Part shown: positions 38,934 to 49,331 of the stretch, in pieces
How positions within the stretch are numbered: position 1 is the first letter of the stretch
How the letters are laid out: each line of letters starts with the position of its first letter
Assembly (NCBI GenBank): GCA_023245415.1
Contig: JAHFKJ010000001.1
Span: 32,902 to 96,901, forward strand
Length of the DNA stretch: 64,000 nt
Origin: Candidatus Gottesmanbacteria bacterium
GTDB lineage: Bacteria > Patescibacteriota > Microgenomatia > UBA10105
Direction of reading: 5' to 3'
Translations under genes and position numbers: made by a program
The notes under the pieces: generated by a model
The model's database searches: none
Told to the model about the DNA's origin: nothing
The model's input: only the letters and a program-made list of their open reading frames with translations

Positions 38934-39634
38934 GCATTTAGCCGTAATTTGAGAGCAGTAGATGAATAGGAAAGAAACATCTGGAAAAAATTCGATTTGC
39001 TGGTTCCATAAATACGATTTTTGTAAAATACCGGTGTTTCAACTATGGATACATTTTCCAAGCAACAATAATATATTAGTCGAATAAAATAATCTCCAAA
39101 GCCGTAAAAAATTTTTTGTGGTGTGAACTGATTTAAAACATTTTTCTTAATCGCAAAAAACCCACTTAAATTATCATGCACGTGATGCCCTAAAAGTATT
39201 CTTAAATATAGATTAAATACCAAACTAAATGCGTTACGGAGTTTATTTTCCATCCCGCCACCATTAATAAACCGTGATCCAATAATAAAAGAGTATTGAT
39301 TCATTAGCATAATAAATTTAAGAAGTACATTTGGGTCATGATTAAAATCGGTATCCATTATGATAAGCCACTTCCCTTTACTTTTAGAAATACCAAAAAA
39401 GATTGCGGATGCAAGTCCGCGTTGATTTTTTCGAACGTGTATTTTCACGAATTTTTTCGCAAAAAAAAAGTTGCGGGCATTTTTGGCAGTTTGATCAGGA
39501 CTGTTATCGTCAACCAATATAATTTCATGAGATTGTCTACTGGTTACGAGAATTTTATGTAATTCACAAATTAAACGTATAATGTTGCCTGCTTCATTAT
39601 AGGTAGGTAATATTACGGATATTTTTGGATTCAT
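38930..39634 (-). CDS. GT2 polyprenol-phosphate glycosyltransferase (Dpm1/Ppm1-like)
   Basis: LPTYNE, VDDNSPDQT, RGLASA, MDTDFNH, GSRF and DNLSGFF; start trimmed to ATG 39634. Confidence 0.88.
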   Translation of the reverse strand: MNPKISVILPTYNEAGNIIRLICELHKILVTSRQSHEIILVDDNSPDQTAKNARNFFFAKKFVKIHVRKNQRGLASAIFFGISKSKGKWLIIMDTDFNHDPNVLLKFIMLMNQYSFIIGSRFINGGGMENKLRNAFSLVFNLYLRILLGHHVHDNLSGFFAIKKNVLNQFTPQKIFYGFGDYFIRLIYYCCLENVSIVETPVFYKNRIYGTSKSNFFQMFLSYSSTALKLRLNA

Positions 39635-39692
39635 AAGAAAAAGTATTAGGGATAATAACAAACATATATATAACTGGCAACCGTAACGCAGA

Positions 39693-41447
39693 ATGAAAAT
39701 ATTTAATAAATTTAAGGTGATTCTTATTCTTGCTTCAATCTTTGTTGGAATTATATATTTATATCCTTATAGTTATTATAATTTACTCAAACACGAAGAT
39801 AGAGTGCTTTACCCTTTTTCGTTTGCTGAAACTTTATACGCAGCACAAGTTAAGGAAATAATAGACGGTAATTTCAGTGTAGGTGATCCTCAATTCTTCG
39901 AACATAAACAGGTAACTCCATCAGTTTTTCCGTATATCTGTGTGTTTTTGATCGCGACAGTGAGTTATATAACAGGGTCAATAGTTTGGGGATTTTTGGT
40001 GAGTGATTTCATTTTTCCGGTTATACTTTTCTTACTATTATATACATTCGGAATCTTACTAACTCATAATCGGTTATGTGCGTTGCTTGCGAGTTTCTCC
40101 ACGCTTTTTTTGTATCACCTTCTTGCCAAATTTCCTCCTATTTCAATAGAAGGAATACGCGAATTCTTGAAGATAGTTACATGGCAGCAGGTTAGTGGAC
40201 CACTGCCATTCTATCGCACGCCAAATCCACAAATAAGTTTTATTTTTTTAGCTTTATCATTATTTATACTCTATGGATTATGGTTAAAGCCTGATTGGAA
40301 AATAACATCAGTGCTAATAGTTGCAGCAAACTTATTATATTCAGTTTATTTTTATCACGTGACTTATTTTATTTTTATCACATTAATTCTTCTTTTTACT
40401 ACGTTATTTAAACGCGATAAGAAGCAGTTTATTTCGCTTTTTACACTTCTTTGCTCCCTTTGCATTACAGGAATCGCTTATCTGCAAATTTCCAAAATTT
40501 ATCCATATCAAACTCTACAAGTTACGGGTGGAAAATTTGAAATGCGTTATTTCGACTGGATATATAGTTTGCGTTATGGAATCTTTTTTATAATATTATT
40601 GTTTTTAACAAATGGCATTAACAACTCACAAAGAGTTTTTTCAGGTAGTTTAGTTTTAGCCGGATTAGGCGTCATGAACTTTCAAGTGTTGACTGGATGG
40701 ACCATACAGCCTGGGCATTGGCCGCAAACAACTGTTGAACCTGTTATTACATTTTTACTCTGTCTTTATATCGGGCGTTTACTAATTACGAAAATTTCGT
40801 CCTTCTCTATGTGTATATTAATACTATGTATTTGCATTTATGCAGTAATATGGCAAATACATTTTTCGCAACGTGCAGTGAAAGATTGGAGTATCCCTAG
40901 AGATTTAAATAATGTGCTAATTTGGTTAAATACCAATTCAACAACTCAAACTGTTGTGTTGGCTCTTGATATTGAAGTATCTGCTTATGTACCTGTCTTA
41001 ACTTCAGCGAACATTTTTTTACCCGTTGAAGAATATCATTATGCAACTGTCGATGAAATTTGGCAAAGAATTTTACTTGCTTATAAGATATATAAAGTAC
41101 CTAAATATTTTTTTAATCCAAGTGTTTTACCTTTGGTCACTTATTTTGAGTTAACATATAATTTAAATCAATACAAACATGAAGATTTTAGAGAATATGA
41201 TCAGCTAATCCGTCAGCGTATTAAAAATTGTTATCCGTCATTATGCGCTAGTCTTTATAGCTTGCCAATGAGAATTAAAGATTATTGGGTTGAACAATTC
41301 GCATTAAAAATAGATTTAGAAAAAAATCCATTTCGGTTAGACTATATAATTTATTCCCCTAATGATAAAAAGAAGCACGCGCTTTTTCCTACCGGGACAC
41401 TTGTCTATCGGTCCGGTGAATATCGAGTATTTGCCTATAAGAGATAA
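39693..41447 (+). CDS. polytopic membrane protein, GT-C-like
   Basis: ETLYAAQVKE...GDP, FYRTPNPQ, YFYH, many TM segments and a soluble C-terminal WLN-x-N domain. Confidence 0.55.
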   Translation: MKIFNKFKVILILASIFVGIIYLYPYSYYNLLKHEDRVLYPFSFAETLYAAQVKEIIDGNFSVGDPQFFEHKQVTPSVFPYICVFLIATVSYITGSIVWGFLVSDFIFPVILFLLLYTFGILLTHNRLCALLASFSTLFLYHLLAKFPPISIEGIREFLKIVTWQQVSGPLPFYRTPNPQISFIFLALSLFILYGLWLKPDWKITSVLIVAANLLYSVYFYHVTYFIFITLILLFTTLFKRDKKQFISLFTLLCSLCITGIAYLQISKIYPYQTLQVTGGKFEMRYFDWIYSLRYGIFFIILLFLTNGINNSQRVFSGSLVLAGLGVMNFQVLTGWTIQPGHWPQTTVEPVITFLLCLYIGRLLITKISSFSMCILILCICIYAVIWQIHFSQRAVKDWSIPRDLNNVLIWLNTNSTTQTVVLALDIEVSAYVPVLTSANIFLPVEEYHYATVDEIWQRILLAYKIYKVPKYFFNPSVLPLVTYFELTYNLNQYKHEDFREYDQLIRQRIKNCYPSLCASLYSLPMRIKDYWVEQFALKIDLEKNPFRLDYIIYSPNDKKKHALFPTGTLVYRSGEYRVFAYKR

Positions 41448-42935
41448 TTAACAGTCTTTATAGATAAAAATTTGATTATCTCCAATTTGCACCGTTCTTT
41501 TAGCCTTAAGCTTCGCTTTTTCGATAACGAGTGGATTGATTTGAGGTACATGAATATGTATTAATACTACTGCGTTATCCAAATATCCTTTCAGGAATTG
41601 TTTCACAGCTTCTTCCTTCGTCCAATCTTCATTTTCTACAGCCGGTAGCATACTTTGGCCAAAATAGTAACGAGCCCTCCATGCATCTTCTGTACTAATG
41701 TATGTTTGACTTCCTTGGAAACAAGGCTTAACTATTTTTCCTACTTCTCTGATGCGATCGTTTTTAAAGGTCCAGTTGCGATATATTAGTGGATTTGGCG
41801 CACCCAATAACAGCGGTTTAGTGGAAATTAAATTAATAATAATTATAACTGACAAAAAAACCGATGTTAAGGGAAGGATTACTACAGTTTCTGCGGCGAT
41901 TAGAGCGACTGGCCCTAATATATTAAGATATACAGTACAACAGGGAATTATCGGAACTTCGATTAGTAATACTGCGATGAGCATTAACCACAAAAACAGG
42001 ATACTTTTTCTTTTATTAAAAATAAGAGCCGGTATTAAAAACGGCCACATGACAATAATTCCAGGTTGACCCAAGAAACGATCCCATTTTTCTCGTAAGA
42101 AATAATTTAACCCTTGTTTATATTGTCCAGTGACCTGTTGAGATCGGTTAATAGTGAAATAACTTCTATAATGGATAAAGCCTGCCCCTTTAGGGCTTTT
42201 GGGAAGAAAACTATAGCCGATATAAGGAACGTAATAAACTGATACGATAAGAATGAATAAAATACTGGTTCGAATAATCTCTCCTGATTGTAAAAATTTT
42301 CTTTTTTGAAAAATAAGTAAAAGTAATGATGGCAGAAATAATATAAAATCTATCGATATAAATAAACAAAATGTTAGAGTTGCGAAAAGTATGCTAAGTG
42401 ATCTCCTTGAAGGAAATTCATAAAAATACAGCACTCCTATACTAGCTAATAATCCGCCGGAAATATTTAAACCAAAAGTAATGGGTTGGCTAAACCACAC
42501 AATATAAGTAGAAATTGAAAAAAAACTTAAAAAAGCTAAGGCTACTTTTTTTCCACGAATCCTCTTGATACTGAAAAATCCTAATAGAAGCGCGCCGATT
42601 GAAACAGAGACGTAAATAAGTCTTGCTGTAAATTCGCGAGGTTGAAAAGGTACAGCAGGTAGAAGTATTAAAAATTCGACCGGCGGATGATTATGCTGGA
42701 GCAGCGGATAAAAAATATTCTGTAGAGCAACCCGTGGGTTTTTGATCAGTAATAAATCTGCTAAACCCCGGACCATTTGTACTGCTTTAGTCATGTGACC
42801 TGCCTCGTCTCCGGTAAAACTTGGTCTCCAAAATCCCCACATTCTAAGTAGTGTTCCAATTAATATTAGAAATACTACTACAGCAACATAGATCGAAGAA
42901 TACCCTTGTGGTATAGTACGTTTAATTATTTGCAT
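41448..42935 (-). CDS. GT-C (GT39/GT83-like) membrane glycosyltransferase
   Basis: LRMWG...FTGDEAGH, NHPP and EFTARL; polytopic. Confidence 0.75.
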   Translation of the reverse strand: MQIIKRTIPQGYSSIYVAVVVFLILIGTLLRMWGFWRPSFTGDEAGHMTKAVQMVRGLADLLLIKNPRVALQNIFYPLLQHNHPPVEFLILLPAVPFQPREFTARLIYVSVSIGALLLGFFSIKRIRGKKVALAFLSFFSISTYIVWFSQPITFGLNISGGLLASIGVLYFYEFPSRRSLSILFATLTFCLFISIDFILFLPSLLLLIFQKRKFLQSGEIIRTSILFILIVSVYYVPYIGYSFLPKSPKGAGFIHYRSYFTINRSQQVTGQYKQGLNYFLREKWDRFLGQPGIIVMWPFLIPALIFNKRKSILFLWLMLIAVLLIEVPIIPCCTVYLNILGPVALIAAETVVILPLTSVFLSVIIIINLISTKPLLLGAPNPLIYRNWTFKNDRIREVGKIVKPCFQGSQTYISTEDAWRARYYFGQSMLPAVENEDWTKEEAVKQFLKGYLDNAVVLIHIHVPQINPLVIEKAKLKAKRTVQIGDNQIFIYKDC

Positions 42936-43010
42936 AGAAATTACGCCATTTTACGCTAAGCTTCATTAAATAAAAAGGTCAAATTCTTTTATATAAAATG
43001 AGTGCTTAAT

Positions 43011-44000
43011 ATGAAAAAGAAATCAATTTTAGTTACAGGCGGTGCAGGATTTATTGGCAGTCATTTAGCAGATGCATTAATTCATAAATTTAGAGTAATT
43101 GTCTTAGATAATTTTTCTTCTGGAAAACATGAAAACCTACGTGAATTTATTTCAAAAGGTGGAGAAGTATGTGTTGGTGATATATTAAATTATAAGAATG
43201 TGGAGAAATTAGTCTCTCAAGTGGATGTAATTATTCATTTGGCAGTTCAATGCGTCAGACTTTCTTTTAAAAATCCCCATTTCGTACACGAAACAAATAT
43301 CACCGGTACTCTTAATTTATTGGAGGCTGCCAGAAAAAAACGTCTAATGAGATTTCTTTATGTATCTTCATCAGAAGTTTATGGTAATTCTAAACAGAAA
43401 AGACTAAGGGAAGTTGACGTGACTAATCCTTCCACTATCTATGGTGCAAGTAAACTTGCGGGAGAATACTATTGTCGAGCGTATTTACAGTCATATAATC
43501 TACCTATAGTAATAGTGCGACCGTTTAATACATATGGTCCTAGATCGCATTTTGAAGGTGTATATGGGGAAGTAATACCCAAATTTTTTATACGACTCAT
43601 TAATAAAAAAAGGCCGATAATTTATGGTAATGGGTATCAAACCCGGGATTTTACGTATATTTCAGATACGGTAAATGGATTGATCTTAGCTCTTGATAAT
43701 ACTGAGGTTATAGGCGAGGTTATAAATATTGCCCACGGTGTCGAGGTGAGTATAAACGAGTTGGCAGAATTAATTAGCGGTATTACTCGAAAAAATAATC
43801 TCTTACCGATATACAGTCAGAATCGTCCGGCCGACTTACTGCACCTTAAAGCCAATATTCAAAAAGCTCGGAAGCTGCTAAATTTTAATCCGCAAGTCTC
43901 AATTAATAAGGGTTTACAAAAATATTATGATTGGCTTATGAGCTCGAAAATTGATTTTAATAATGCTTTTAAGCAAGACGAACAAGAAAATTGGAAATGA
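43011..44000 (+). CDS. NAD-dependent epimerase/dehydratase (extended SDR)
   Basis: TGGAGFIGS, SSSEVYG, YGASK, RPFNTYGP and QTRDFTY; start at ATG 43011 (track uses GTG 43002). Confidence 0.9.
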   Translation: MKKKSILVTGGAGFIGSHLADALIHKFRVIVLDNFSSGKHENLREFISKGGEVCVGDILNYKNVEKLVSQVDVIIHLAVQCVRLSFKNPHFVHETNITGTLNLLEAARKKRLMRFLYVSSSEVYGNSKQKRLREVDVTNPSTIYGASKLAGEYYCRAYLQSYNLPIVIVRPFNTYGPRSHFEGVYGEVIPKFFIRLINKKRPIIYGNGYQTRDFTYISDTVNGLILALDNTEVIGEVINIAHGVEVSINELAELISGITRKNNLLPIYSQNRPADLLHLKANIQKARKLLNFNPQVSINKGLQKYYDWLMSSKIDFNNAFKQDEQENWK

Positions 44001-45136
44001 AGATACCTTTAACTAAACCATTGTTTAATTTGGCGGAGATTAATGCCGTTAAAAAAGTTCTCGCATCAGGTTGGGTGACTCAAGGTCCAATTACTGCTAA
44101 GTTTGAAAGGAATTTGGAAAAATATATTAACGCCAAGCATGTTGTTGTCGTGTCAAATTGTACAAACGCATTGCATTTATGCCTGCTAATAGGGAGCGTC
44201 AAGCCAGGGGATGAAGTGATAGTTCCTTCACTCACCTATATTGCAACTATCAGCGCCATTCGATATGTAGGCGCAGTGCCTGTGTTTGCAGATATTGATT
44301 TGAAAACTTTTACATTGGATCCTCAAGCGACATCAAATAAAATTACCAAAAAAACAAAATTTATATTGCTAGTCCATCAGATTGGAATTTCTGCTGATTT
44401 AGATCCTTTAAGATCAATTGCACGCAAAAATAATCTTATACTGATAGAAGATGCTGCGCCTGCACTAGGTGCAACATACAAAGAGAAAATGGTTGGACAA
44501 AATGGTAAATTTGTCGCATTTAGCTTTCATCCGCGTAAAAGTATAACTACAGGTGAAGGCGGAGCTATCGCAACCGAGGACGATGAAACTTATTCAAGAT
44601 TGAAAATTCTTCGTTCACACGGATCTTCAATTTCTGACTATTATCGCCATAAAGGAAAAGCACTCAATTTCGAAAAATTCGAAGTTCTTGGGTTCAATTA
44701 TCGATTATCAGACATTAATGCTGCTATAGGAATAGAGCAACTTAAAAAATTGCCAGGATGGATCATATTAAGAAGAAGATTGGCAAAAAATTACCAAAAA
44801 GAATTTAAAAGGATGTCAAATCTAATCCCGCCGTTCGAGCCGAATTACACTCGACACACATTTCAATCCTATCAAATAAGAGTAAGGGGGATTTCATCAG
44901 AGCGCAGAGATGAATTAATACAACGTCTATTACGAAAAAACATTGCAACAAGGAGAGGTGTAATGGCATCTCATCTGGAACCGTTGTATATCAAGTATCC
45001 GTCACAAGATCTTATAAATACAGAGATTGCCTACAGGGAATCATTATTATTGCCAATGTATCCAGATATGACACAACTTGAACAAGAGTATGTAGTAGAT
45101 TCTGTGAAAAAAGTTTTTGCCCAGATGCATCTTTAA
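43997..45136 (+). CDS. DegT/DnrJ/EryC1/StrS aminotransferase
   Basis: SGWVTQGP, EDAA, SFHPRKSITTGEGG and GFNYR; ATGA overlap with the upstream SDR. Confidence 0.92.
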   Translation: MKIPLTKPLFNLAEINAVKKVLASGWVTQGPITAKFERNLEKYINAKHVVVVSNCTNALHLCLLIGSVKPGDEVIVPSLTYIATISAIRYVGAVPVFADIDLKTFTLDPQATSNKITKKTKFILLVHQIGISADLDPLRSIARKNNLILIEDAAPALGATYKEKMVGQNGKFVAFSFHPRKSITTGEGGAIATEDDETYSRLKILRSHGSSISDYYRHKGKALNFEKFEVLGFNYRLSDINAAIGIEQLKKLPGWIILRRRLAKNYQKEFKRMSNLIPPFEPNYTRHTFQSYQIRVRGISSERRDELIQRLLRKNIATRRGVMASHLEPLYIKYPSQDLINTEIAYRESLLLPMYPDMTQLEQEYVVDSVKKVFAQMHL

Positions 45137-45137
45137 T

Positions 45138-46076
45138 ATGAGATCAAAACTAAAGGTTGCAGTTATTGTACCTTTACTAAACGAATCACAAAATATTTCT
45201 CGTTATTATTACGAATTAAAAAAAACCACCACTGAACTTAAAAAGTACAAATTTTCCTACTTATTTGTAGATGATGGTTCCTCAGATGATTCATGGGATA
45301 AAATAATTTATTTGACACAACATGATAAACAGGTATCTGCAATTAAGTTTTCACGAAATTTTGGTAGTCATTCCGCCTGGTATGCTGGAATTAAAGCTGT
45401 GAAAGAAGTTGATGCCTGTATATTAACGACGATTGATTTGCAGGATCCACTAATTTTAATTCCTGTAATGTTAGAGAAATTTCAAAACGGAGCTAAATTA
45501 GTTTGCGCTGTTCGTAGAGACAGGAAAGATATATTGCTGACTAAAATTCTATCTCAATGTTACTATTTCTTAGTTAAAAAATTTGCGCTACCAAACATGC
45601 CATCAGGAGGTGTTGATTTTTGCCTTATTGCTAAAAAAATTATTCAAGACCTTATAGAAATGGGTGAAAAAAACACATCGCTGATTGGGCTTATTTTATG
45701 GTTAGGCTACTCATATGCGGAAGTTTTTTATGTCAGAAATAAAAGAAGATTCGGAAAATCCAAATGGACAATTTTCAAGAAAGTAAAATTATTTATTGAT
45801 ACATTCGTAGGATTTTCGTTTATGCCAATTCGACTAGTTTCATATTTAGGTTTTCTATTTTCTACTTTAGGTTTTTTGTATGCAATTATCATTTTCGTTC
45901 GTAGAATTATATATGGAGCACCAATTGAAGGCTGGTCTTCGTTAATGCTTGTAGTGTTGATACTTTCTGGCGTGCAACTGATCACATTAGGAATTGTGGC
46001 AGAATATTTATGGAGAACGCTGGATGCTTCAAGACAAAGACCATTGTACGTAATAGAAAAACAAGTAAATCTCTAA
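45138..46076 (+). CDS. GtrB/ArnC-like bactoprenol-phosphate glycosyltransferase (GT2)
   Basis: VDDGSSD, SRNFGS, DLQDP, GKSKW, two C-terminal TM segments and EYLWR...RPLY. Confidence 0.9.
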   Translation: MRSKLKVAVIVPLLNESQNISRYYYELKKTTTELKKYKFSYLFVDDGSSDDSWDKIIYLTQHDKQVSAIKFSRNFGSHSAWYAGIKAVKEVDACILTTIDLQDPLILIPVMLEKFQNGAKLVCAVRRDRKDILLTKILSQCYYFLVKKFALPNMPSGGVDFCLIAKKIIQDLIEMGEKNTSLIGLILWLGYSYAEVFYVRNKRRFGKSKWTIFKKVKLFIDTFVGFSFMPIRLVSYLGFLFSTLGFLYAIIIFVRRIIYGAPIEGWSSLMLVVLILSGVQLITLGIVAEYLWRTLDASRQRPLYVIEKQVNL

Positions 46077-46079
46077 CAA

Positions 46080-46598
46080 TCACATTCTCTTATTCAATAC
46101 TTTTGCGGGTATGCCAACTGCAACTGAAAATTCAGGGATATTCTTTGTGACTACGGCACCAGCACCTATTTGAGAATATTTACCAATGGTAACTCCCGGT
46201 AATAGTATTGCACCTATACCGATATCACAACCTGTTTTAATATAAATTGGTGCGTACTTTTGAGATCTTTCGATTATGGGAACAGTGCGTTTATGGACCT
46301 CATGGGATAATGTTAAAAGTTTCACAAATGGCCCAATGCCTACAGAATCTTCGATTGTAATTCCACCACCGCTATGTAAAAAACAATTTTGGCCAATCCA
46401 AACATTGTTGCCAATCGACATCGTATTTCTAAAATAGCCTTTTAGAATAGTTCGGTGTCCAATATAAACATTATCGCCAATTTCAATATTTTCCGGATGA
46501 AAAATTAAAACTTCTGGTTCAAATATGACATTGTCGCCCAAGTGTTTAAAGCTCTTTCTTGTAAATCTACCATCGCCGTGAGAGGTGAATAATTTCAT
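46080..46598 (-). CDS. left-handed beta-helix (hexapeptide) acyltransferase
   Basis: IGDNVYIG/IGNNVWIG repeats and IGAGAVVTK...GIPAK; start trimmed to ATG 46598. Confidence 0.9.
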   Translation of the reverse strand: MKLFTSHGDGRFTRKSFKHLGDNVIFEPEVLIFHPENIEIGDNVYIGHRTILKGYFRNTMSIGNNVWIGQNCFLHSGGGITIEDSVGIGPFVKLLTLSHEVHKRTVPIIERSQKYAPIYIKTGCDIGIGAILLPGVTIGKYSQIGAGAVVTKNIPEFSVAVGIPAKVLNKRM

Positions 46599-46604
46599 GT
46601 TTAC

Positions 46605-46613
46605 ATTGTAGCA
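46605..46613 (-). promoter_or_regulatory. extended -10 element (TGcTACAAT)
   Basis: Ends 6 nt before ATG 46598. Confidence 0.55.
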
Positions 46614-46628
46614 AATATGAAATCTGGC

Positions 46629-46634
46629 TATAAT
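46629..46634 (+). promoter_or_regulatory. -10 element (TATAAT)
   Basis: Ends 7 nt before ATG 46642; back-to-back with the minus-strand element. Confidence 0.5.
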
Positions 46635-46641
46635 TACCCCC

Positions 46642-47664
46642 ATGCCGGTAAAACTTGGTCTTATAGGTCTTGGATATTGGGGGCCTAATTTATTGCGGAA
46701 CTTTCAGAATACACATTATGCAAGTGTTATAGCTTGTGCTGATTTAGATAGTCAAAAAATAAAAAAAATTGCCCAGAAATATCCGAACATTTCTTTTTAT
46801 AAGAACTATAGAAAATTACTTTTAGAAGACCTGAATGCTGTCATAATAGCTACTCCTCCAAGTTCGCATTATGAAATTATCAAAGCCGCGCTGCAAAGCA
46901 ATAAACACGTCTTTGTAGAAAAACCAGTAACTACGAATTATTCTCAAGCGCTGGAAATTGCTAAGATTGCTCAAGCAAAACGTAAAATTCTTATGGTAGA
47001 TCATATATTTGTCTATTCAAATGCTGTTGAAAAAATTAAAGGATTAATCGACAAAAAAAAACTTGGCGATCTATACTATTTCGATTCAACTCGTGTAAAT
47101 TTAGGTCTACTTCAATCGAATACCAGCGTGTTATGGGACTTGGCAAGCCACGATGTTTCAATTTTAGAATATTTGATCAATGACAGGCCCCTAAGTATTC
47201 ACTGCGTTGGATCTTCTCATACCTTAAGCCGACAAGAAGATATTGCTTTCGTAACCATAAAATACCCAGGTAATTTTATTGCGCACATAAACGTTAATTG
47301 GTTGGCTCCATCAAAAATTCGTCGGATTGTTGTCGCCGGAAGCAAAAAAATGGTAGTTTACGATGAAGCAAGTGTAGAGGAAAAAGTAAAAATTATCGAA
47401 AAGGGTATTAGTGAACTTACGGGTCACCACCGACATGAGGTTTTAACCAATTATCGAATAGGCGATAGCATCTCTCCTTATTTACCGGCTAGAGAGACAC
47501 TTGTAGACGTATGCGCACATTTTATCAATTGCATACTAAAAAACAGACGGCCAATAACAAATGGATTCTCAGGCGCGCGAGTCGTTAAAATTTTGGAGAA
47601 AGCTGAATTCTCTTTAATTTCCGGGATGACATATAAATTTTCAACGGCAGATTTCAAAATTTGA
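46642..47664 (+). CDS. Gfo/Idh/MocA oxidoreductase (NDP-sugar dehydrogenase-like)
   Basis: GLGYWGPNLLRNF, VEKP, RVNLG, WDLASHD and WLAPSKIR. Confidence 0.9.
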   Translation: MPVKLGLIGLGYWGPNLLRNFQNTHYASVIACADLDSQKIKKIAQKYPNISFYKNYRKLLLEDLNAVIIATPPSSHYEIIKAALQSNKHVFVEKPVTTNYSQALEIAKIAQAKRKILMVDHIFVYSNAVEKIKGLIDKKKLGDLYYFDSTRVNLGLLQSNTSVLWDLASHDVSILEYLINDRPLSIHCVGSSHTLSRQEDIAFVTIKYPGNFIAHINVNWLAPSKIRRIVVAGSKKMVVYDEASVEEKVKIIEKGISELTGHHRHEVLTNYRIGDSISPYLPARETLVDVCAHFINCILKNRRPITNGFSGARVVKILEKAEFSLISGMTYKFSTADFKI

Positions 47665-48232
47665 AAAGATACGAATTCCAATGCTGGTGATAAAGGTAAA
47701 ACTCTCCGATTAGTTTTCCATTCAACTTCTGATAAAACAGATTAGCCCGGAGATTTTTTTGGTACACGTTTACAGAAAAACACTTAATACCTTTTTGTTT
47801 AAAATCACGAAACAACTGTTCGATCAATCTATTCCCAACTTCGTTTCTCCGCCATTTTTCACTGACACCAATAAATAATAATTCTGACTCACATTTATGC
47901 GGTTGTCGAGAAGAATAGAATAGAGTATCTAGTAAATTGAATATTATCAAAGGATTTACTATCAGCTTGAATGTTAGCCATAAAACTAACTCTTTGAAAT
48001 TTTTTCTAAGAATTCTTATAGTCATAGTGGAGCTGTCACTTATCCCAATTACAAAGCCAGTCAATTCAGATTTATAAAAAATTCCCCAGGCTGAAATGTC
48101 ATCGAGTTGTAACATGGATTTATAAAGAGAGTATAAAAACTTGTAACCCAGACTCGCCAAAAAATCTTCGGGTAAACATTTTAGATGAAGACGTGCACAA
48201 GATGAAGCGTTTATCGCAGTGAGCTTTTGCAT
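47654..48232 (-). CDS. GNAT-family N-acyltransferase
   Basis: ELLFIGVSEKWRRNEVG (motif A) and N-x-RANLFYQK (motif B). Confidence 0.85.
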   Translation of the reverse strand: MQKLTAINASSCARLHLKCLPEDFLASLGYKFLYSLYKSMLQLDDISAWGIFYKSELTGFVIGISDSSTMTIRILRKNFKELVLWLTFKLIVNPLIIFNLLDTLFYSSRQPHKCESELLFIGVSEKWRRNEVGNRLIEQLFRDFKQKGIKCFSVNVYQKNLRANLFYQKLNGKLIGEFYLYHQHWNSYLFKF

Positions 48233-48233
48233 T

Positions 48234-49331
48234 TTACAAATATGAACATAGTGTACTTGAAATGTAAGAAATTTCCTTGTTTGTTAGTTGGGTATGAGTC
48301 GGCAGGGTAATGCCGGTACGAGAAAGTTTTTCCGATACAGGATACGCATTCTGATTTCTGTACATCGGAAAATGCGAGATTGGATAAAAAACGGGTCGGC
48401 TTTCAATTCCTTTAGCAGATAGTTTTAAAATGATCTGGTTGCGCTTTTGAGCAGTGACATTATTTATTAATAGCGTGAAAAGCCAATTGACGCCTTGTGT
48501 ATCATGAGTGTTGTTGGGAGGAAATATGATATTTTTTTGATACCGCAGTTTTTGCCTATAAAGGGTGTCAATATTTTTCCGTATCTTTAGGAAGGTTTCG
48601 ATTTTTTTAAGCTGAGCAAGACCAATTGCTGCTTGTATATTGGTCATACGGTAATTATACCCGACAACCGGGTGCCAATATTTTTTAAATTTTGACATCC
48701 CGTGGTTTTTTAGGAGTCTGATCTTTTCTGCTAGTTTCAAGTTATTTGTTGTTAACATACCGCCTTCACCGGTGGTAATAATTTTATTGCCGTAAAAAGA
48801 AAAACAACCGATATCTCCGATAGATCCCACGAGTTTCTGATTAACCTGAGCTCCATGCGCTTCGGCAGCATCTTCAATAATGAATAGGTTATATTTTTTT
48901 GCAATTTTTGTAATTCGATTCATTTGCGCTGGAAATCCATATAAGTGGACGGGAATAACTGCTTTAGTTTTTCCCGTAATGGATTTTTCAATTTCTGTTG
49001 GATCAATATTCCAAGTTGCTTCATTTACATCGACGAGAACAGGTTTAGCTCCAATATAAGAAACGGCATTTGCAGTAGAGATAAACGTAAAATTTGGGAC
49101 TATTACTTCGTCATCCGGCTTTATGTTTATAGCCATCAACGCCAGATGCAAAGCCACAGTACCGTTACTGCAACTAATGGCATATTTAACCCCGCACCAC
49201 TTGGCGAAATTTTCTTCAAATTTTGAAATAAACTCTCCAGTTGACGAAATCCACGAACTTTTTAGGCAGGTTACGACATTCTGCAATTCTTCTCTCTTTA
49301 ATTCGGGGTATGCGATTGGGATTCTATTCAT
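48234..49331 (-). CDS. DegT-family aminotransferase, GDP-perosamine synthase-like
   Basis: SSWISSTG, EDAAEAHGA, SFYGNKIITTGEGG, YWH-x-VGYNYRMTN and ESRPVFYP. Confidence 0.88.
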   Translation of the reverse strand: MNRIPIAYPELKREELQNVVTCLKSSWISSTGEFISKFEENFAKWCGVKYAISCSNGTVALHLALMAINIKPDDEVIVPNFTFISTANAVSYIGAKPVLVDVNEATWNIDPTEIEKSITGKTKAVIPVHLYGFPAQMNRITKIAKKYNLFIIEDAAEAHGAQVNQKLVGSIGDIGCFSFYGNKIITTGEGGMLTTNNLKLAEKIRLLKNHGMSKFKKYWHPVVGYNYRMTNIQAAIGLAQLKKIETFLKIRKNIDTLYRQKLRYQKNIIFPPNNTHDTQGVNWLFTLLINNVTAQKRNQIILKLSAKGIESRPVFYPISHFPMYRNQNAYPVSEKLSRTGITLPTHTQLTNKEISYISSTLCSYL

